Below, one piece after another: positions 40,429 to 51,846 of a stretch of DNA of 64,000 nucleotides. A program made the position numbers and the translations under genes. Origin of the DNA: Candidatus Poribacteria bacterium (GTDB lineage Bacteria > Poribacteria > WGA-4E > WGA-3G); NCBI GenBank assembly GCA_963665235.2, contig CAXXLX010000001.1:2592001-2656000 (forward strand), given 5' to 3'. The number at the start of each line of letters is the position of its first letter. Within the stretch, counting starts at the first letter, position 1. The notes beneath the pieces were generated by a model that saw only the letters and a list, made by a program, of their open reading frames with translations, made no database searches and was not told the DNA's origin.

Positions 40429-41037
40429 CTACAGCGATTTGATTTTGATGTTTCGGCACCAGATTTTTCCACCATGGTCCTGGATACCGATATGTCCGTT
40501 ACGTGGAAAATCTTTGAGGGCAACACCGAATTTGTTCCGGCTCCCATCAGGATTCTGGTGGGGTGTATCCCACAAATCCAAATCGGCGCGAACAATTTCC
40601 TCACCGTTCATCTCCACGATAACAAGACTTTCGTCACACGTGATACGCATTTCGTTCCACTCGCCTGCGGGTTTAGAAACGTTGCGTGTCGGTTCAAGTG
40701 CATCGTAAAGCGCGCCGCAGTCATGTTTCGTAGCAGGCTCCTTACCGTGCGTATCCAATATCTGGATTTCCAGCCCGGTTTGCACCGGACGATTTAGGTC
40801 TGCCCACCGGATGAAAATTCCGCTGTTGACGTTGGGTTCGGTTTTGAAATCTAGTGCCAACGTGAAGTTATCAAATTGCTCTTCAGTGTAGAGATATTGT
40901 CCCCCCTGTACGGTGCAGAGAATACTGCCATCATCTACAACCCATCCTTCGTCATTTCCGGTGGCACCCCATCCGGTTAACGTTTCGCCATCAAAAAGAG
41001 AAATCCAACCATCAGCCTGTTCTTTTGCTGTTAACAT
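40429..41037 (-). CDS. DUF1080 / 3-keto-disaccharide hydrolase-like protein
   Basis: GWISLFDG, NSGIF, EIQILD, GEWN, GHIGIQDHG, RNIKIK. Confidence 0.9.
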   Translation of the reverse strand: MLTAKEQADGWISLFDGETLTGWGATGNDEGWVVDDGSILCTVQGGQYLYTEEQFDNFTLALDFKTEPNVNSGIFIRWADLNRPVQTGLEIQILDTHGKEPATKHDCGALYDALEPTRNVSKPAGEWNEMRITCDESLVIVEMNGEEIVRADLDLWDTPHQNPDGSRNKFGVALKDFPRNGHIGIQDHGGKIWCRNIKIKSL

Positions 41038-41083
41038 TATATTTTCCTTTCGCGTGGGCAACTTAGGAATCAGTGCCCGTGTG

Positions 41084-42202
41084 TTAATTCGCTTCGTGCA
41101 AACTCTTCAGAAAAAGCCTGCCGACATCAAGATTATAGTCAAAATCGGTTGCTGCCCAAGGGCTGTTATACCCGATAATAGGCACATAACTTTCATGCCG
41201 CGAGCCGTGTGAACGGACAGAAGCCGGTTCCACTGCCGTGTCCAATTCGCCGAAGACCGTGTTTTTATCTGCAAGCACAAAAATGTCGCCAATCCGCTCA
41301 GGGTGAAGACGAAATGTGTTTGCGGCATCTTCAGCCGTGTATACCTCTTCAACACCGGGGGTATTCAGCAGCCGCTGCACTGCTTGTTCGGTATCCGTTC
41401 GGTTTTCCAGAAAAATGTATGCCGCGCCGCCCAAGTTGCTGTGATGTGCGACATATCGGTCTTTGATAATCGGGATAGCGTTTGCAGGTATACCGTGCTG
41501 TGTTAGCACACACCCCGGGTCAATAGCAGTTGTTTTGGGTAGCATACCGTGGTCAGCGGTGATGTATATCTCGCGTTCCGGGTCATCATCAACGATATCC
41601 CCGATGATTCGGTCAAGTTCTGCAGTATGCTGCTGTGCCAGTTCCGCCTCCGGTGGATATTTATGCTGAACCCAATCCGTTGTTGAACAGTAGACCAGCT
41701 CCGGATTATACACTCGTAACGTATACCGCACAGCACGTAGTAGCCACCAATTGATTTCAACGGAGTAAATCGGCTCCGCTGCCCCAACCGCTTTGACGTA
41801 TTCAGTGGGAGGGGCTTCAGCGGCAACTGCAATATCAGCACCCGCTGCTAGCATCCGTAACAACTTTTCCTTAGTGACAAATAGGGCAGTTTTATCGGCA
41901 AATTTTGTGGATTTAGCAACCTCAAACAGTGTTGGGGCGAGGAGAAAACGGTTATCCTCAATGAATTCCCCCTTTCCGGTGCGTCTATCCACGTGATAAT
42001 TTGTCGTAATACCGTGCGTCATCGGAAACGTTCCCGTTGCAATGCTGACGTTATTGACATTCGTCACAGATGGAATAACGGCGTTAGCGTGCCGATAGAA
42101 ACCGGCTGCTGCCAGCTTTCGGATGTTAGGAATTTCGCTCGCTGCCAGGTAGTCGTGGCTACCCGCATCAATACAGAGGATGAGAATTTTCCGTTTTTTC
42201 AT
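41084..42202 (-). CDS. Alkaline-phosphatase-superfamily hydrolase, phosphonoacetate hydrolase-like
   Basis: PSVTNVNNVSIATG, TTDWVQHKY, TADHGM, RSHG. Confidence 0.8.
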   Translation of the reverse strand: MKKRKILILCIDAGSHDYLAASEIPNIRKLAAAGFYRHANAVIPSVTNVNNVSIATGTFPMTHGITTNYHVDRRTGKGEFIEDNRFLLAPTLFEVAKSTKFADKTALFVTKEKLLRMLAAGADIAVAAEAPPTEYVKAVGAAEPIYSVEINWWLLRAVRYTLRVYNPELVYCSTTDWVQHKYPPEAELAQQHTAELDRIIGDIVDDDPEREIYITADHGMLPKTTAIDPGCVLTQHGIPANAIPIIKDRYVAHHSNLGGAAYIFLENRTDTEQAVQRLLNTPGVEEVYTAEDAANTFRLHPERIGDIFVLADKNTVFGELDTAVEPASVRSHGSRHESYVPIIGYNSPWAATDFDYNLDVGRLFLKSLHEAN

Positions 42203-42498
42203 GCGATGTGTGTGCTCCGTTATCCCTTTTTTCTGCCCATTTGTCCTACCTGCCTTCTGAAAAAAATTATAGCACAATTCTTTTTAATTGCCAATTGATA
42301 TTGTGTTGTGGGTGGAAGAGGGGAAGGATGGAAAATTGAAAGGCAGAAGAGTGGAAGCCGCAATATCCTTGCAATATATCACTACGGTATCAGCATTTTA
42401 CAAAGCACGGCAAAGTTGCCTGCAATGAACGTGTAGAAATACACGTCACCGTGACCAATTCACCCGCTTGGTTCTTACCCACCCAATACGCACCACGT

Positions 42499-43340
42499 CT
42501 AAGGTTCAAGTTCCCACAAAAGAATAGTGCCATCATCACTCCCACTAGCGATGGTATTCCCATCCGGACTAAACGACACACTATTGACCCAACCCGTATG
42601 TCCTTTGAGTGTTGTGATAATTTTTCCAGTGTTTGTGTTCCATAGCCGAATAGTCTTGTCCCCACTCCCACTAGCGATGGTATTCCCATCCGGACTAAAC
42701 GACACGTTACTGACTCCTGCCGTATGTCCCGTGAGTGTTGTGATAAGTTGTCTAGTGTTTGTGTTCCATAGCCGAATAGTCTTGTCCATACTCCCACTAG
42801 CGATGGTATTCCCATCCGGACTAAACGACACGCTAAGGACCGGTCTTGTATGTCCTATGAATATTGTGATAAGTTCTCCAGTGTTTGTGTCCCATAGGTG
42901 AATGGTAGCGTCAAGACTCCCACTAACTATAGTGTTCCCATCCGGGCTAAACGACACGCTTTCGACATTATACTTATCTTCTAGTAGCGTTCTGATAATT
43001 TTTCCAGTGTTTGTGTCCCATAGGCGAATAGTTCCATCATCACTCCCACTAACGACGGTATGACCATCCGGGCTAAACGACACGCTATTGACATCACCCA
43101 TACCTCCTTTGAGTGTTCTGATGAGTTCACCTGTGCTTAGGCTCCATAAACGAATAGTTTTGTCCACGCTTCCACTAACGATGGTATTCCCATCCGGACT
43201 AAACGACACGCTTTCGACTATATGCATATCTCCAGTGAGTGTTGTGATAAGTTGTCTTGTGTTTGTATCCCATAGGTGAATGAGACCGTAACGGTTAGAA
43301 GCGCAAACAAAATCGTTAGCGTCAAAAACCCGTTTTTCAT
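42499..43340 (-). pseudogene. WD40-repeat gene whose signal peptide is out of frame with the repeats (internal deletion)
   Basis: ATG at 43340 gives MKNGFLTLTILFALLTVTVSF; about 6 WD40 repeats follow in another frame from ~43285. Confidence 0.7.
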
Positions 43341-43588
43341 GAGGGGTGTCTCCTTTTATCTTCTTATGCGCATCTTTCGTGTCGTGGTAAAGTTGCCTGT
43401 GGTAAGCACTCTGATAGATACCCATAGACTTATGCCCAAATCTAACAAGCGAACCAACTATATAGGAAATAGTACAACACCTTTGACAGATATTGTCAAG
43501 GAAAAAGAACGGACACCGAATCAGGATAGTCCTATCTTGCGGATGGAAGGATGGAAGATTGGTAAGGGTGAAGGAGTGAAAGAACCGT

Positions 43589-44662
43589 TCACGTTGACAG
43601 ATAGTATTGCAGTTCATCCAACACAACTGTCGCATAGCCGCCCGGGGGCAACGTAAAACAGATACCTAATCCCAAGTCAACAGTCGTAACCTGATGCAGT
43701 TCCATAGGCATACGCAGTGAGCGGCGCGTTCCCGGCAACCGGATTCCCACAGCTTCGCGAAACGCTTCGAGCTCAACGCCTTCCGCTGCGAGGCATTCCG
43801 CCTCTAACGCCTCCACTACACCGACCGGTTGACGCATCTTGTAACCGAAAATGGGGCCCGAAGGACTAATCTCAAACGCATCTGCCCGCGGCTGCTCCAG
43901 GGCAGCGTTTTCGACAAGAAACGGCGCACCGTTGCTGTGTTTCACCGCAATGTCGCCAGGGAGAAGGTTCCCCAAGTTAGGCAGTCGCTTCTCCAAAACA
44001 GCGTTAAACAGATATGCCTGATATGCCGACAGAAACAGTTTCCGCAGCCGATGTGGAATGCGGGTGACCGCTTTCTCGAAAGCTCCCCGCTTCGCTTTTC
44101 GCTCCACCTGGCTTGCGAATCCGCTGAACTGTACGGGGTCATCAGCAAGCAGATAACGCACGGCTGTCTCCCATTCCGCTTTCAGCAACGCCTTCCCAAT
44201 CAGGTGTGTGTTCTGCTTATTCCCGAACCGTTGTGCACCGAATCGATTCGGCACACCTTCAGTTGCTAAGCGCGTCATCGCCTTTTTAACAGGCAGCAGG
44301 ACCCTTGGAGAGACATCACACACTGTTATCTCGAACCGGTTGCCCCGGAGCTGTCCTACCCGTAATTTGCGCAGGTGCCGTTCCGCCCACAAAACTTCAA
44401 TATTAGGGAGTGCCAATGCCAAAACCTGTTCAGGCGAGACATCCTCTACGGACAAAACCTGTGTTGTCACAGCGTTTTTATCCTTTAGACCTGCGTATCC
44501 AAACTGACGTGTATTCACCTGCAATGCTTCTGCAAGCTGGTTAATCGCCTTCAACGTGTCCAGATTGCGTTTCCGGATAGCAAAAAACGTGTGTTTGCCT
44601 GTTCCGGAAGGTTCATAAAGTGGTAGTTCTTCAACGATGAAATGTTCAGGTTCAAACTTCAT
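43589..44662 (-). CDS. truD: tRNA pseudouridine(13) synthase
   Basis: YAGLKDKNAVTTQ, LRGNRF, PNRFGAQRFG, FTLPPGGYAT. Confidence 0.93.
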   Translation of the reverse strand: MKFEPEHFIVEELPLYEPSGTGKHTFFAIRKRNLDTLKAINQLAEALQVNTRQFGYAGLKDKNAVTTQVLSVEDVSPEQVLALALPNIEVLWAERHLRKLRVGQLRGNRFEITVCDVSPRVLLPVKKAMTRLATEGVPNRFGAQRFGNKQNTHLIGKALLKAEWETAVRYLLADDPVQFSGFASQVERKAKRGAFEKAVTRIPHRLRKLFLSAYQAYLFNAVLEKRLPNLGNLLPGDIAVKHSNGAPFLVENAALEQPRADAFEISPSGPIFGYKMRQPVGVVEALEAECLAAEGVELEAFREAVGIRLPGTRRSLRMPMELHQVTTVDLGLGICFTLPPGGYATVVLDELQYYLST

Positions 44663-44703
44663 ACTCCGTTTGCTCCTTGTGATACCGAACTTATAGGTAT
44701 CGT

Positions 44704-46440
44704 TTACGGTTTTTTGGACGCGCCCCTATCTTTCGACGATGGAACCGCTGGCTCCACATACAACGTCTTCTCGCGTGAGTAATGCACATACCCCGGCGCG
44801 CTGCCCTTCCGCTTGATAACGTACCGCACCCACGTATAATCCACGGGGACATTACCCGCGTGATGCGCTTTACTGAAATAGGCCGCAAGTTGCGCCGCTT
44901 CCAATAAGGTCGGCATCGGAATATCGGGACGGTTTTCAGGGTTCCGGACAATAACGTGTGACCCTTGCGCCTGCTTCGCGTGGAGCCACATATCGCGCGG
45001 CTTAGCAACTTGGCGCAGAAGCAGGTCGTTGGACTCACTGTTGCGACCGACATAAATCTGAAATCCGTTGGAAGAAATATATTTTCGGAAGGGGCCCTCA
45101 CTCAGCTCCTGCTGTTTTTTACCCCGTTTTTGTGCCTTGATATACCCCTTTTCAATAAACTCGGTATGAAGGCGACGCAGCACGTCCAGTGTATCAGCCG
45201 CCTCAACCCTCAATTCATAAGCGTGGAGGACCGCCTGCGTTGCCTCAAGTTCAGCGAGCCGCTGTTGAATTTGTGAATGCCCGCGTTTCGCCTTGCTGTA
45301 TTTTTTGAAATAGGTTTGCGCGTTTTGGGAAGGGGTCAATTGCGGGTCAAGCGGAATTGAAATCGTCTCGAGTTCTGGACTGTAGTAATTTTGCAATTCG
45401 ACCTGTTTCTGCCCGCGTTTCATAGTGTGTAGGTTTGCAAGGAGCAGCTCCCCCTGAATTCGGAAATCTTCCGCTTTCTCTGCCTGTTCCAAGTCTTTCC
45501 ATAGAGCGTTCACCGTTCGCTGGCATAAACGTTGCTGTTTTTGCAGGGCTTGCGTCAGGGTACGTTGTTGCGATGCAATTTTCTCCTTTAGGTTGATAGC
45601 ATCGTAATAAGCCGTGAGTGCCTCGCTCATCGTTTCAAACGTTTGTGCGGTGGCATTCGGAAATTGCTGCAACGGCATAGAGGACGCGGCTATCGGGGTG
45701 TCGTTTTCTGTGAGCAGTTGAGGCCTAGCATGCATCGGTTCAAAATAGTCGATAACCTGCTGATAGGCATTCCACATATCTGTCTGCTCTGCCCTCGCCA
45801 CAATTTCCTTTGCAAGCATCGGACTCAGCCCATCAATTTGACTAAAGAGCGATTTCCAGCGCACAGTTTCAACGTTAGACGACAGGAAAAGCTCTCTAAA
45901 CGTTTCCCTATCTAATGCCAACGGGTCCAATTTTTCCTGTTGCGGAGGCAAACGGTATATTTCGTCCGGGAGCACTACCCGGTGGCGGCTCATCGTGTCA
46001 TCAATGTGTTTCAGACACTCCAGAATTCTGTCATCTGCTGTGTCAATCAGGATAAGATTGCTGTGTTTCCCCATAAATTCAGCGATAATTGATTTTGGTG
46101 ATGCTGGAGGTGAGTCATTCGCTTCGGGCTGGACAGTTATTTTTAGGATTCTATCATAACCTATCTGCTCAATTTCAACAATCGTTCCCTGTTTAAGATG
46201 TGTCCCTATAAAATCCGCTATATAGGACTGCTTTTGCCTGGGCGGCGGTTTCTGAATGAGGTGGGCACGGGCATGCACGGGATGTGCAGATACGGTGAGC
46301 CAATAGGTTTGAGCATCGCGAACCACCTTAAATGAAAAGGTGTTCGCGTTCGCTTGTTCAATATGCCGAATTGTACCATGCAGCAACGTTTGACGCAATT
46401 CGTCTGTGACAAGCCGTAAAGCTAAACTATCATAAGACAT
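44704..46440 (-). CDS. rqcH: Ribosome quality control factor RqcH / NFACT (FbpA-like)
   Basis: IEQIGYDRI, EFMGKHSNLIL, VGRNSESND, WLHA..GSHVI, VPVDYT. Confidence 0.88.
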   Translation of the reverse strand: MSYDSLALRLVTDELRQTLLHGTIRHIEQANANTFSFKVVRDAQTYWLTVSAHPVHARAHLIQKPPPRQKQSYIADFIGTHLKQGTIVEIEQIGYDRILKITVQPEANDSPPASPKSIIAEFMGKHSNLILIDTADDRILECLKHIDDTMSRHRVVLPDEIYRLPPQQEKLDPLALDRETFRELFLSSNVETVRWKSLFSQIDGLSPMLAKEIVARAEQTDMWNAYQQVIDYFEPMHARPQLLTENDTPIAASSMPLQQFPNATAQTFETMSEALTAYYDAINLKEKIASQQRTLTQALQKQQRLCQRTVNALWKDLEQAEKAEDFRIQGELLLANLHTMKRGQKQVELQNYYSPELETISIPLDPQLTPSQNAQTYFKKYSKAKRGHSQIQQRLAELEATQAVLHAYELRVEAADTLDVLRRLHTEFIEKGYIKAQKRGKKQQELSEGPFRKYISSNGFQIYVGRNSESNDLLLRQVAKPRDMWLHAKQAQGSHVIVRNPENRPDIPMPTLLEAAQLAAYFSKAHHAGNVPVDYTWVRYVIKRKGSAPGYVHYSREKTLYVEPAVPSSKDRGASKKP

Positions 46441-46462
46441 GGCATCGGTTTTCCTTAACAAA

Positions 46463-46616
46463 AACGTGAGCTTGATAATAAATATCCGTTTGCTCTAAAC
46501 CTTTTTTCATCGCGAAAAAAGCGGTATAATTGTAGCATAAACTTCCTAGTTTGTGCTGTTTTTTGCTAAAACTACCAGAGAACGCTGTAGGTCAAAACTT
46601 TTTTTCAAACTCGCAT
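46463..46616. mobile_element. MITE (AACGTGAGCTTGA family)
   Basis: Near-identical to 21910-22123. Confidence 0.75.
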
Positions 46617-46656
46617 TAACAAAACGGACAGTTAACGGGCCGTTTATCCTATCCGC

Positions 46657-47595
46657 TTAATGATATTTTTTCAATTTTTGCGTTGCCTTGAGAATTTTTT
46701 CCCGAATTTCGGAGGGTACACGTGGGTTAAATGGACCCCCAGTGCCCGCCTCAATATCGTCAAATTCGTTTAAAATTATTGCCTCTACCACGGCAGAATA
46801 GTTGTAAATCCGCTCATTCATAAAACGGATTTCTTCAAAGGGGGAAAGCTCTGCTTCAATGTTTGCAGCAGCGTCGTAATCGCCGCGTCGGTGGGCATTG
46901 TTAATTTCGTCCGAAGCGCGGGCATAAGCGATAGCTATGCCCGAAGTGTGCCCTTTCGTGCCTAAGACTGCGGGATACGTACACCGGTCACCGATACCCC
47001 ATATAACCAAACCGTTATCGCCAATACCCTCCACAAGTGGGGTTACATCTTCGTTATCGGTCCCAACTTTCACAGCGATGAAATGCGGTGAATCGTTTAG
47101 CAATCGGATGACAGCAGCCAGGTCGCGCTTTTGTCGAAAATAGTAGATAAACTTGGCGTTGCTGTTTTCGCCGTAACGTTCACCAAATTTCATATACTGT
47201 TCATAAACGCCTTGTGGGCAGGATATACCCGCCAGCGGCATCAACAGATATGCATCGGGGGGTTTGCGAAGTTCAGCTTGTGCCGCAATCAGTTGTCCAG
47301 CCTGATTGATTGGGTTCGGCACGATACCCGATATGAGGATACCGTCTTCCCCTATCTGCTGTTTTGTTTCTTTGATGAGGCGAAGTTGCTCTGTAGCATT
47401 GATATGATGAATGAGGCTCGTTCCCGCAATAGCGATAACCCGTTTACGACCCCCATCTAGGACGTTAGTCCGCATCAAATAGTCAATGTTTTTTGCGTGC
47501 CCTGCGTAATCGATTTTGTCCCCGTTGAAAGGGATAATAGGTATTGCTGTGACAGAGTTAAGTGCATCCAAAAGCGATTGTGTCTCTAGTGCCAT
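46657..47595 (-). CDS. DapA-like aldolase/dehydratase family protein
   Basis: TAIPIIPF..IDY; IYY; IAVKVG Schiff-base Lys. Confidence 0.78.
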   Translation of the reverse strand: MALETQSLLDALNSVTAIPIIPFNGDKIDYAGHAKNIDYLMRTNVLDGGRKRVIAIAGTSLIHHINATEQLRLIKETKQQIGEDGILISGIVPNPINQAGQLIAAQAELRKPPDAYLLMPLAGISCPQGVYEQYMKFGERYGENSNAKFIYYFRQKRDLAAVIRLLNDSPHFIAVKVGTDNEDVTPLVEGIGDNGLVIWGIGDRCTYPAVLGTKGHTSGIAIAYARASDEINNAHRRGDYDAAANIEAELSPFEEIRFMNERIYNYSAVVEAIILNEFDDIEAGTGGPFNPRVPSEIREKILKATQKLKKYH

Positions 47596-47606
47596 AATTT
47601 CTCCAA

Positions 47607-48474
47607 CTAAAATCTTTTTCGGAAAAGGAGTGTGCTTACCAAAGCACCCGCGGTGACGTTGGTTTGCACATCTATCTCAAAAGCGTTGAATCGTCCCTGT
47701 TTTAAATTACCGACCTGCTCAGCTTGCTGGCGCACCGTGTTGGAACGTTTTGTTGTGATACGGGCTTCAACTGCACTAATAGCGTGATTTAAAATTACCA
47801 ACCCCAACAAAGTGCGAGCGCGTTCAAAGGTATTATTGGCTTTCTCGCGCAAATCGAAAGCCTCCAGACGCAGTTTTGACCTTGAACCAACAGGAATGTC
47901 GATATCCTTTTCATCTTTTAACGCAGGGTCAAGATCAGCCCAATACCACTCTCCGGTGCGAGCGCGGGTCGCCTCCGAGTCATAGACGTGGTTCCAGTTT
48001 TCATATTGCGTGGCATGTTCAAAATCTTCAACCGGATCCCAATCATCGAACGAACCGAGGCCATCGAATATAACATTTTTCCTCACAAGAGCCCGGTAGT
48101 CGTCCCGTGTATTTGCAGCGGTATGTCGGAGGATGAAGTATGTTGTGAGCAGTCCGACTTCAGCGGCAGCATATAGATAACCGCGCTTTGCCCCTGTATA
48201 GAGTTGTCCTGCTCCGGGCAGGATCAGGCGGCAGCGAATAGAGAAACGCTTCGTTCGGTGATTTCCGAGCTGAATCAGGCGGCATTGCGGGACGCAGGTC
48301 AGCTGTATCCACACCGGAATTAGGAGTTTCATTTGCCATGAAACGTTTTCCCAGTGCAGAGTCAAGATAGAAGGTCGTCAAAGGATTCGGCCCGGAAGCG
48401 TGAGACGCAACGGACAAGCAGAATGATATGCAGCAGACTGTTACGACCGTCAAAATTTGTGTTTTCAGTATCAT
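47607..48474 (-). pseudogene. Exported/membrane protein split by a 7-bp insertion
   Basis: KSPNEAFLYS plus LILPGAGQLY is restored by removing CTGCCGC near 48230. Confidence 0.65.
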
Positions 48475-48486
48475 TTCTTTTCCTTA

Positions 48487-48902
48487 TACCATTTCTAATT
48501 GAAAATGTCTCTTTCTAGTAGCATAAACTTCCAGTTTGTGTTCTTTCTAGTAGCATAAACTTCCAGTTTGTGTGCTTTGTTGTAGCATAAACTTCCAGTT
48601 TGTGTTCTTTCTTGTAGCATAAACTTCCAGTTTGTGTTCTTTCTAGTAGCATTAAACTTCCAGTTTGTGTGCTTTGTTGTAGCATAAACTTCCAGTTTGT
48701 GTGCTTTGTTGTAGCATAAACTTCCAGTTTGTGTGCTTTGTTGTAATAAACTTCCAGTTTGTGTTCTTTTAGTAGCATAAACTTTTGTGTTCTTTCTAGT
48801 AGCATAAACAGTTTGTGTTCCAGCATAAACTTTTAGTTTGTCTTCCGTTCTCCGTTTCATTTCTAACAACCGGTAATGATAGAATAATTAATAAAAATGG
48901 TA
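48487..48902. mobile_element. TACCATTT-MITE containing ~11 tandem 32-bp REP-like units
   Basis: TTA duplication; units GTAGCATAAACTTCCAGTTTGTG plus linker, degenerating rightwards. Confidence 0.85.
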
Positions 48903-50030
48903 TTAGAAGACGACGCTTCCTGTTGCTTCAAGAAGTTGTTCCCGATTTGGACCAAGTGACGGCCTGTATGTCAAATCCAATTTGAATATGTAGGCGTGTA
49001 CGCCGATGCCGTAAGTGAGATGGTCTGTGAAGCCTGGGAGGATAATCCCGGGCTCAATTTTGTAGCCTATCCGGAGGGAGAGTAGGTTGCCGAGCAGATA
49101 TTCCACGCCGAGGTTTTTCTGTAGATGTCGCCATTCAAAAGCGCGGATACCGACTCCCCTGTCGGAGAGAAGTTGTTCCCGCGTCAGTTTCTCCGCTTCC
49201 CCTCTTTCAGCGTTGAGCCGTTCCAAATCCGAGACAAGCACCTCTTCATCTTCTGCTAGCTTATCAATGTATGCGGTGATACCGCTAACGAGAAGAAGGT
49301 GGTTAAATCTATCTCGGTAAATGCTCGTTGACGTGCCGAGTCGAAGCAACCGCGGCAACGGATCCGCTTGATTTTCATCAATAAAGGAGATGCTGGGACC
49401 GACATTCTGTATCGCTGCACCGATAGTCGTCGGGGTTAGATGGAACGGCAACAAGTACTGCACACCAAGGTCTATGGCGTAGGAGCTTCCGCTTTCTCGG
49501 CCGAGGACCATGCGAATCATTTTACCATTAATTCCTGCTGACAGAGAGTCAGTAATTTTGTCCGCATAAGATAATGTTAATGCGAAGTTTGTGCCGAGGC
49601 TCTCTTCTCGGATTATCTCCGGGGAGTCCGCTGTTACAGCAATTGTGCCTTGGCCCTGGATTTGAAGTGTCGCGCCGATAGTTCCGGCAGTGCCGAGGGG
49701 CATCGCGCCAGAAAGGAAGGTATAATATAATCCCGCGCCTGCCTCACCAAAGAGTCCGCTATAATCTGCGTAGAACATTGACGCTTGCCAAGCCTTTTGA
49801 CCTGAACGGATTTTACTGTCAGGCATATCTGCTAAACCGCTTGGGTTCCAGAGCGATGCCGTTACGTCCCCAGACATGGCGGAGAAGGCATCCCCAAGGG
49901 CCCTTGCACGCGCCCCACCACCTAAACTCAAAATTTGTGCACCTGTACGCCCCGGCCCCGCCAAACCTGTGGCAGGTAAAAATGTAACTAGCCATAAAAG
50001 AAGTAAAGTGAAAAATCTAATCCTAATCAT
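48903..50030 (-). CDS. PorV/PorQ-like outer-membrane beta-barrel protein
   Basis: Signal peptide; LSLGGGARARALGDAF..DVTASLWNPSGL; DLGVQY; QNVGP; C-terminal F. Confidence 0.8.
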   Translation of the reverse strand: MIRIRFFTLLLLWLVTFLPATGLAGPGRTGAQILSLGGGARARALGDAFSAMSGDVTASLWNPSGLADMPDSKIRSGQKAWQASMFYADYSGLFGEAGAGLYYTFLSGAMPLGTAGTIGATLQIQGQGTIAVTADSPEIIREESLGTNFALTLSYADKITDSLSAGINGKMIRMVLGRESGSSYAIDLGVQYLLPFHLTPTTIGAAIQNVGPSISFIDENQADPLPRLLRLGTSTSIYRDRFNHLLLVSGITAYIDKLAEDEEVLVSDLERLNAERGEAEKLTREQLLSDRGVGIRAFEWRHLQKNLGVEYLLGNLLSLRIGYKIEPGIILPGFTDHLTYGIGVHAYIFKLDLTYRPSLGPNREQLLEATGSVVF

Positions 50031-50237
50031 GGAAAAAGCCTGCTGATATATCGTAGCTGTAATGAGTATCCTGCTACGAAAAATCGCTTCTCCTCCTTGC
50101 TTACCTGAATTCAATATTTATTTAACATTTATAATAACGTAAATTGCCCTAATTAAGTTTACTTTTATTGGGAGATGAGGTCTATATAGGGCAAATTCTT
50201 GAAGGGTGTGTGAAGAATATTTTATAGTAAATGGTTC

Positions 50238-50374
50238 GAGGGTTTTCGTTGAAATAATGATGAGGTGAGTGCCCTCATACCCCTCTATTCCATCTCCGTT
50301 TTAAGATAGAAGGGTCTCATCACGATTTTGTCCACTTATCCTAAAGTGTATCACAAGTGTGCAAAAATGTCAAG
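50238..50374 (-). promoter_or_regulatory. Promoter (TTGACA-17-TACACT) plus structured leader, copy 1
   Basis: Inverted homologue at 51475-51507 plus 51847-51960. Confidence 0.7.
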
Positions 50375-50506
50375 TCCCAATCAAAAAAGGGTGTGTAAAG
50401 TTTTTGTACACCTGTTTGTAGTAGGGCGATTCATCGCCCGTCGTGTCCGATCGTTTCTCTATTCGTCCACCGTTTATAGTCCAGCATATACTTATTGGGA
50501 CCTTTT

Positions 50507-51036
50507 GTAGCACATACTTCCCAGTTTGTGTGTTTTTTGTAGCACATACTTCCTAGTTTGTGCAGGTTTGTAGTAGCATAAACTTCCTAGTTTGTGCGTA
50601 TCTTTTGTAGCACATACTTCCCAGTTTGTGTGTGTTTTTTGTAGCACATACTTCCCAGTTTGTGCAGGTTTGTAGTAGCACATACTTCCTAGTTTGTGCA
50701 GGTTTGTAGTAGCATAAACTTCCTAGTTTGTGCGTATCTTTTGTAGCACATACTTCCCAGTTTGTGTGTGTTTTTTGTAGCACATACTTCCCAGTTTGTG
50801 CAGGTTTGTAGTAGCACATACTTCCCAGTTTGTGCAGGTTTGTAGTAGCATAAACTTCCTAGTTTGTGCGTATCTTTTGTAGCACATACTTCCCAGTTTG
50901 TGTGTGTTTTTTGTAGCACATACTTCCCAGTTTGTGTGTGTTTTTTGTAGCACATACTTCCCAGTTTGTGTGTGTTTTTTGTAGCACATACTTCCCAGTT
51001 TGTGCAGGTTTTTTGTAGCACATACTTCCCAGTTTG
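50507..51036. repeat. 16 tandem ~34-bp REP-like units with three linker types
   Basis: Core GTAGCA(C/T)A(T/A)ACTTCC(C/T)AGTTTGTG; lies between GGGTGTGTAAAGTTTTTGTAC inverted ends at 50389 and 51474. Confidence 0.9.
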
Positions 51037-51507
51037 GGCAGATGCGGACACAAACCAAATGAAGATTAAAGAAGTGATCCGGTAATTGCCCAACCCTAGA
51101 CATCTGCTCTAATGTTTCTCGGGTGTTCTGAATCACGGAAGGCACGGAGAACGCGGAGAACGCGGAGTATGTTGTTCTTTCTATAAAGATATCGCCCCGA
51201 TGGGGCTAGGTTGTGGGATGTTTGGGTTTTCTATAAAGATACCGCCCCGATGGGGAAACCGCGCTTCTGTCCAAGCGTATTCGCCCAAATGCAACGGGCA
51301 TTCTGACAAAAAAACGCACAGATGTTAACAAAAAACCTCTGCTTTCCGCGTTCTCCGCGTTCTCCGTGCCTCCCGCGATTTGCAGCGTATTCGCCCAAAT
51401 GCAACGGGCATTCTGACAACACACGCGCGAAATCCATCCTGCCCTCTATTATAGTACAAAAACTTTACACACCCCTTGACATTTTTGCCCGCTTGTGTTA
51501 CACTTTA

Positions 51508-51846
51508 CTAAACTTTGGACAATTTTATGTTAGTCATTAGCAATTGGCGATTTGGCAATTGGAAACTAGATGTTGTGATTCCAATACGCGGTTTGATGCG
51601 CGTGGATCTCCCTCTTCCTCTTGCTAAATGCTAACAACCATAAGCCAACCTGCTATAAAGATATCGCCCCGCTGGGGCTTGTTTGTGGGGGCTCACCTTT
51701 GCTATAAACATTCCGCCCCGCTGGGGCTGCGTTTTCGCACATTGGAGCCTATTTTCTACTGTTTGTCCTTGTGTGAGGACCTTAGAGAAAAATCAGAAAT
51801 GCTTTGAAATCGGGCATCAACCGGACAGATATTGTCCAAACTATAG
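51508..51846. mobile_element. MITE inserted in a promoter -10 box, 9-bp target duplication
   Basis: TIR CTA..TTTGGACAAT / ATTGTCCAAA..TAG; TACACTTTA at 51499-51507 and 51847-51855. Confidence 0.75.

Noticed and set aside
43341-43635. N-terminal extension of ORF 42499..43635
   Set aside because: Overlaps truD and intergenic repeats; the likely start is 43340 in another frame.
48495-48869. Repetitive ORFs and CRISPR-like look
   Set aside because: ORFs are translations of a 32-bp tandem repeat; linkers are ~9 bp and repetitive, not spacers.
50492-51145. Overlapping repetitive ORFs or CRISPR array
   Set aside because: 34-bp tandem repeat with three recurring 10-bp linkers.
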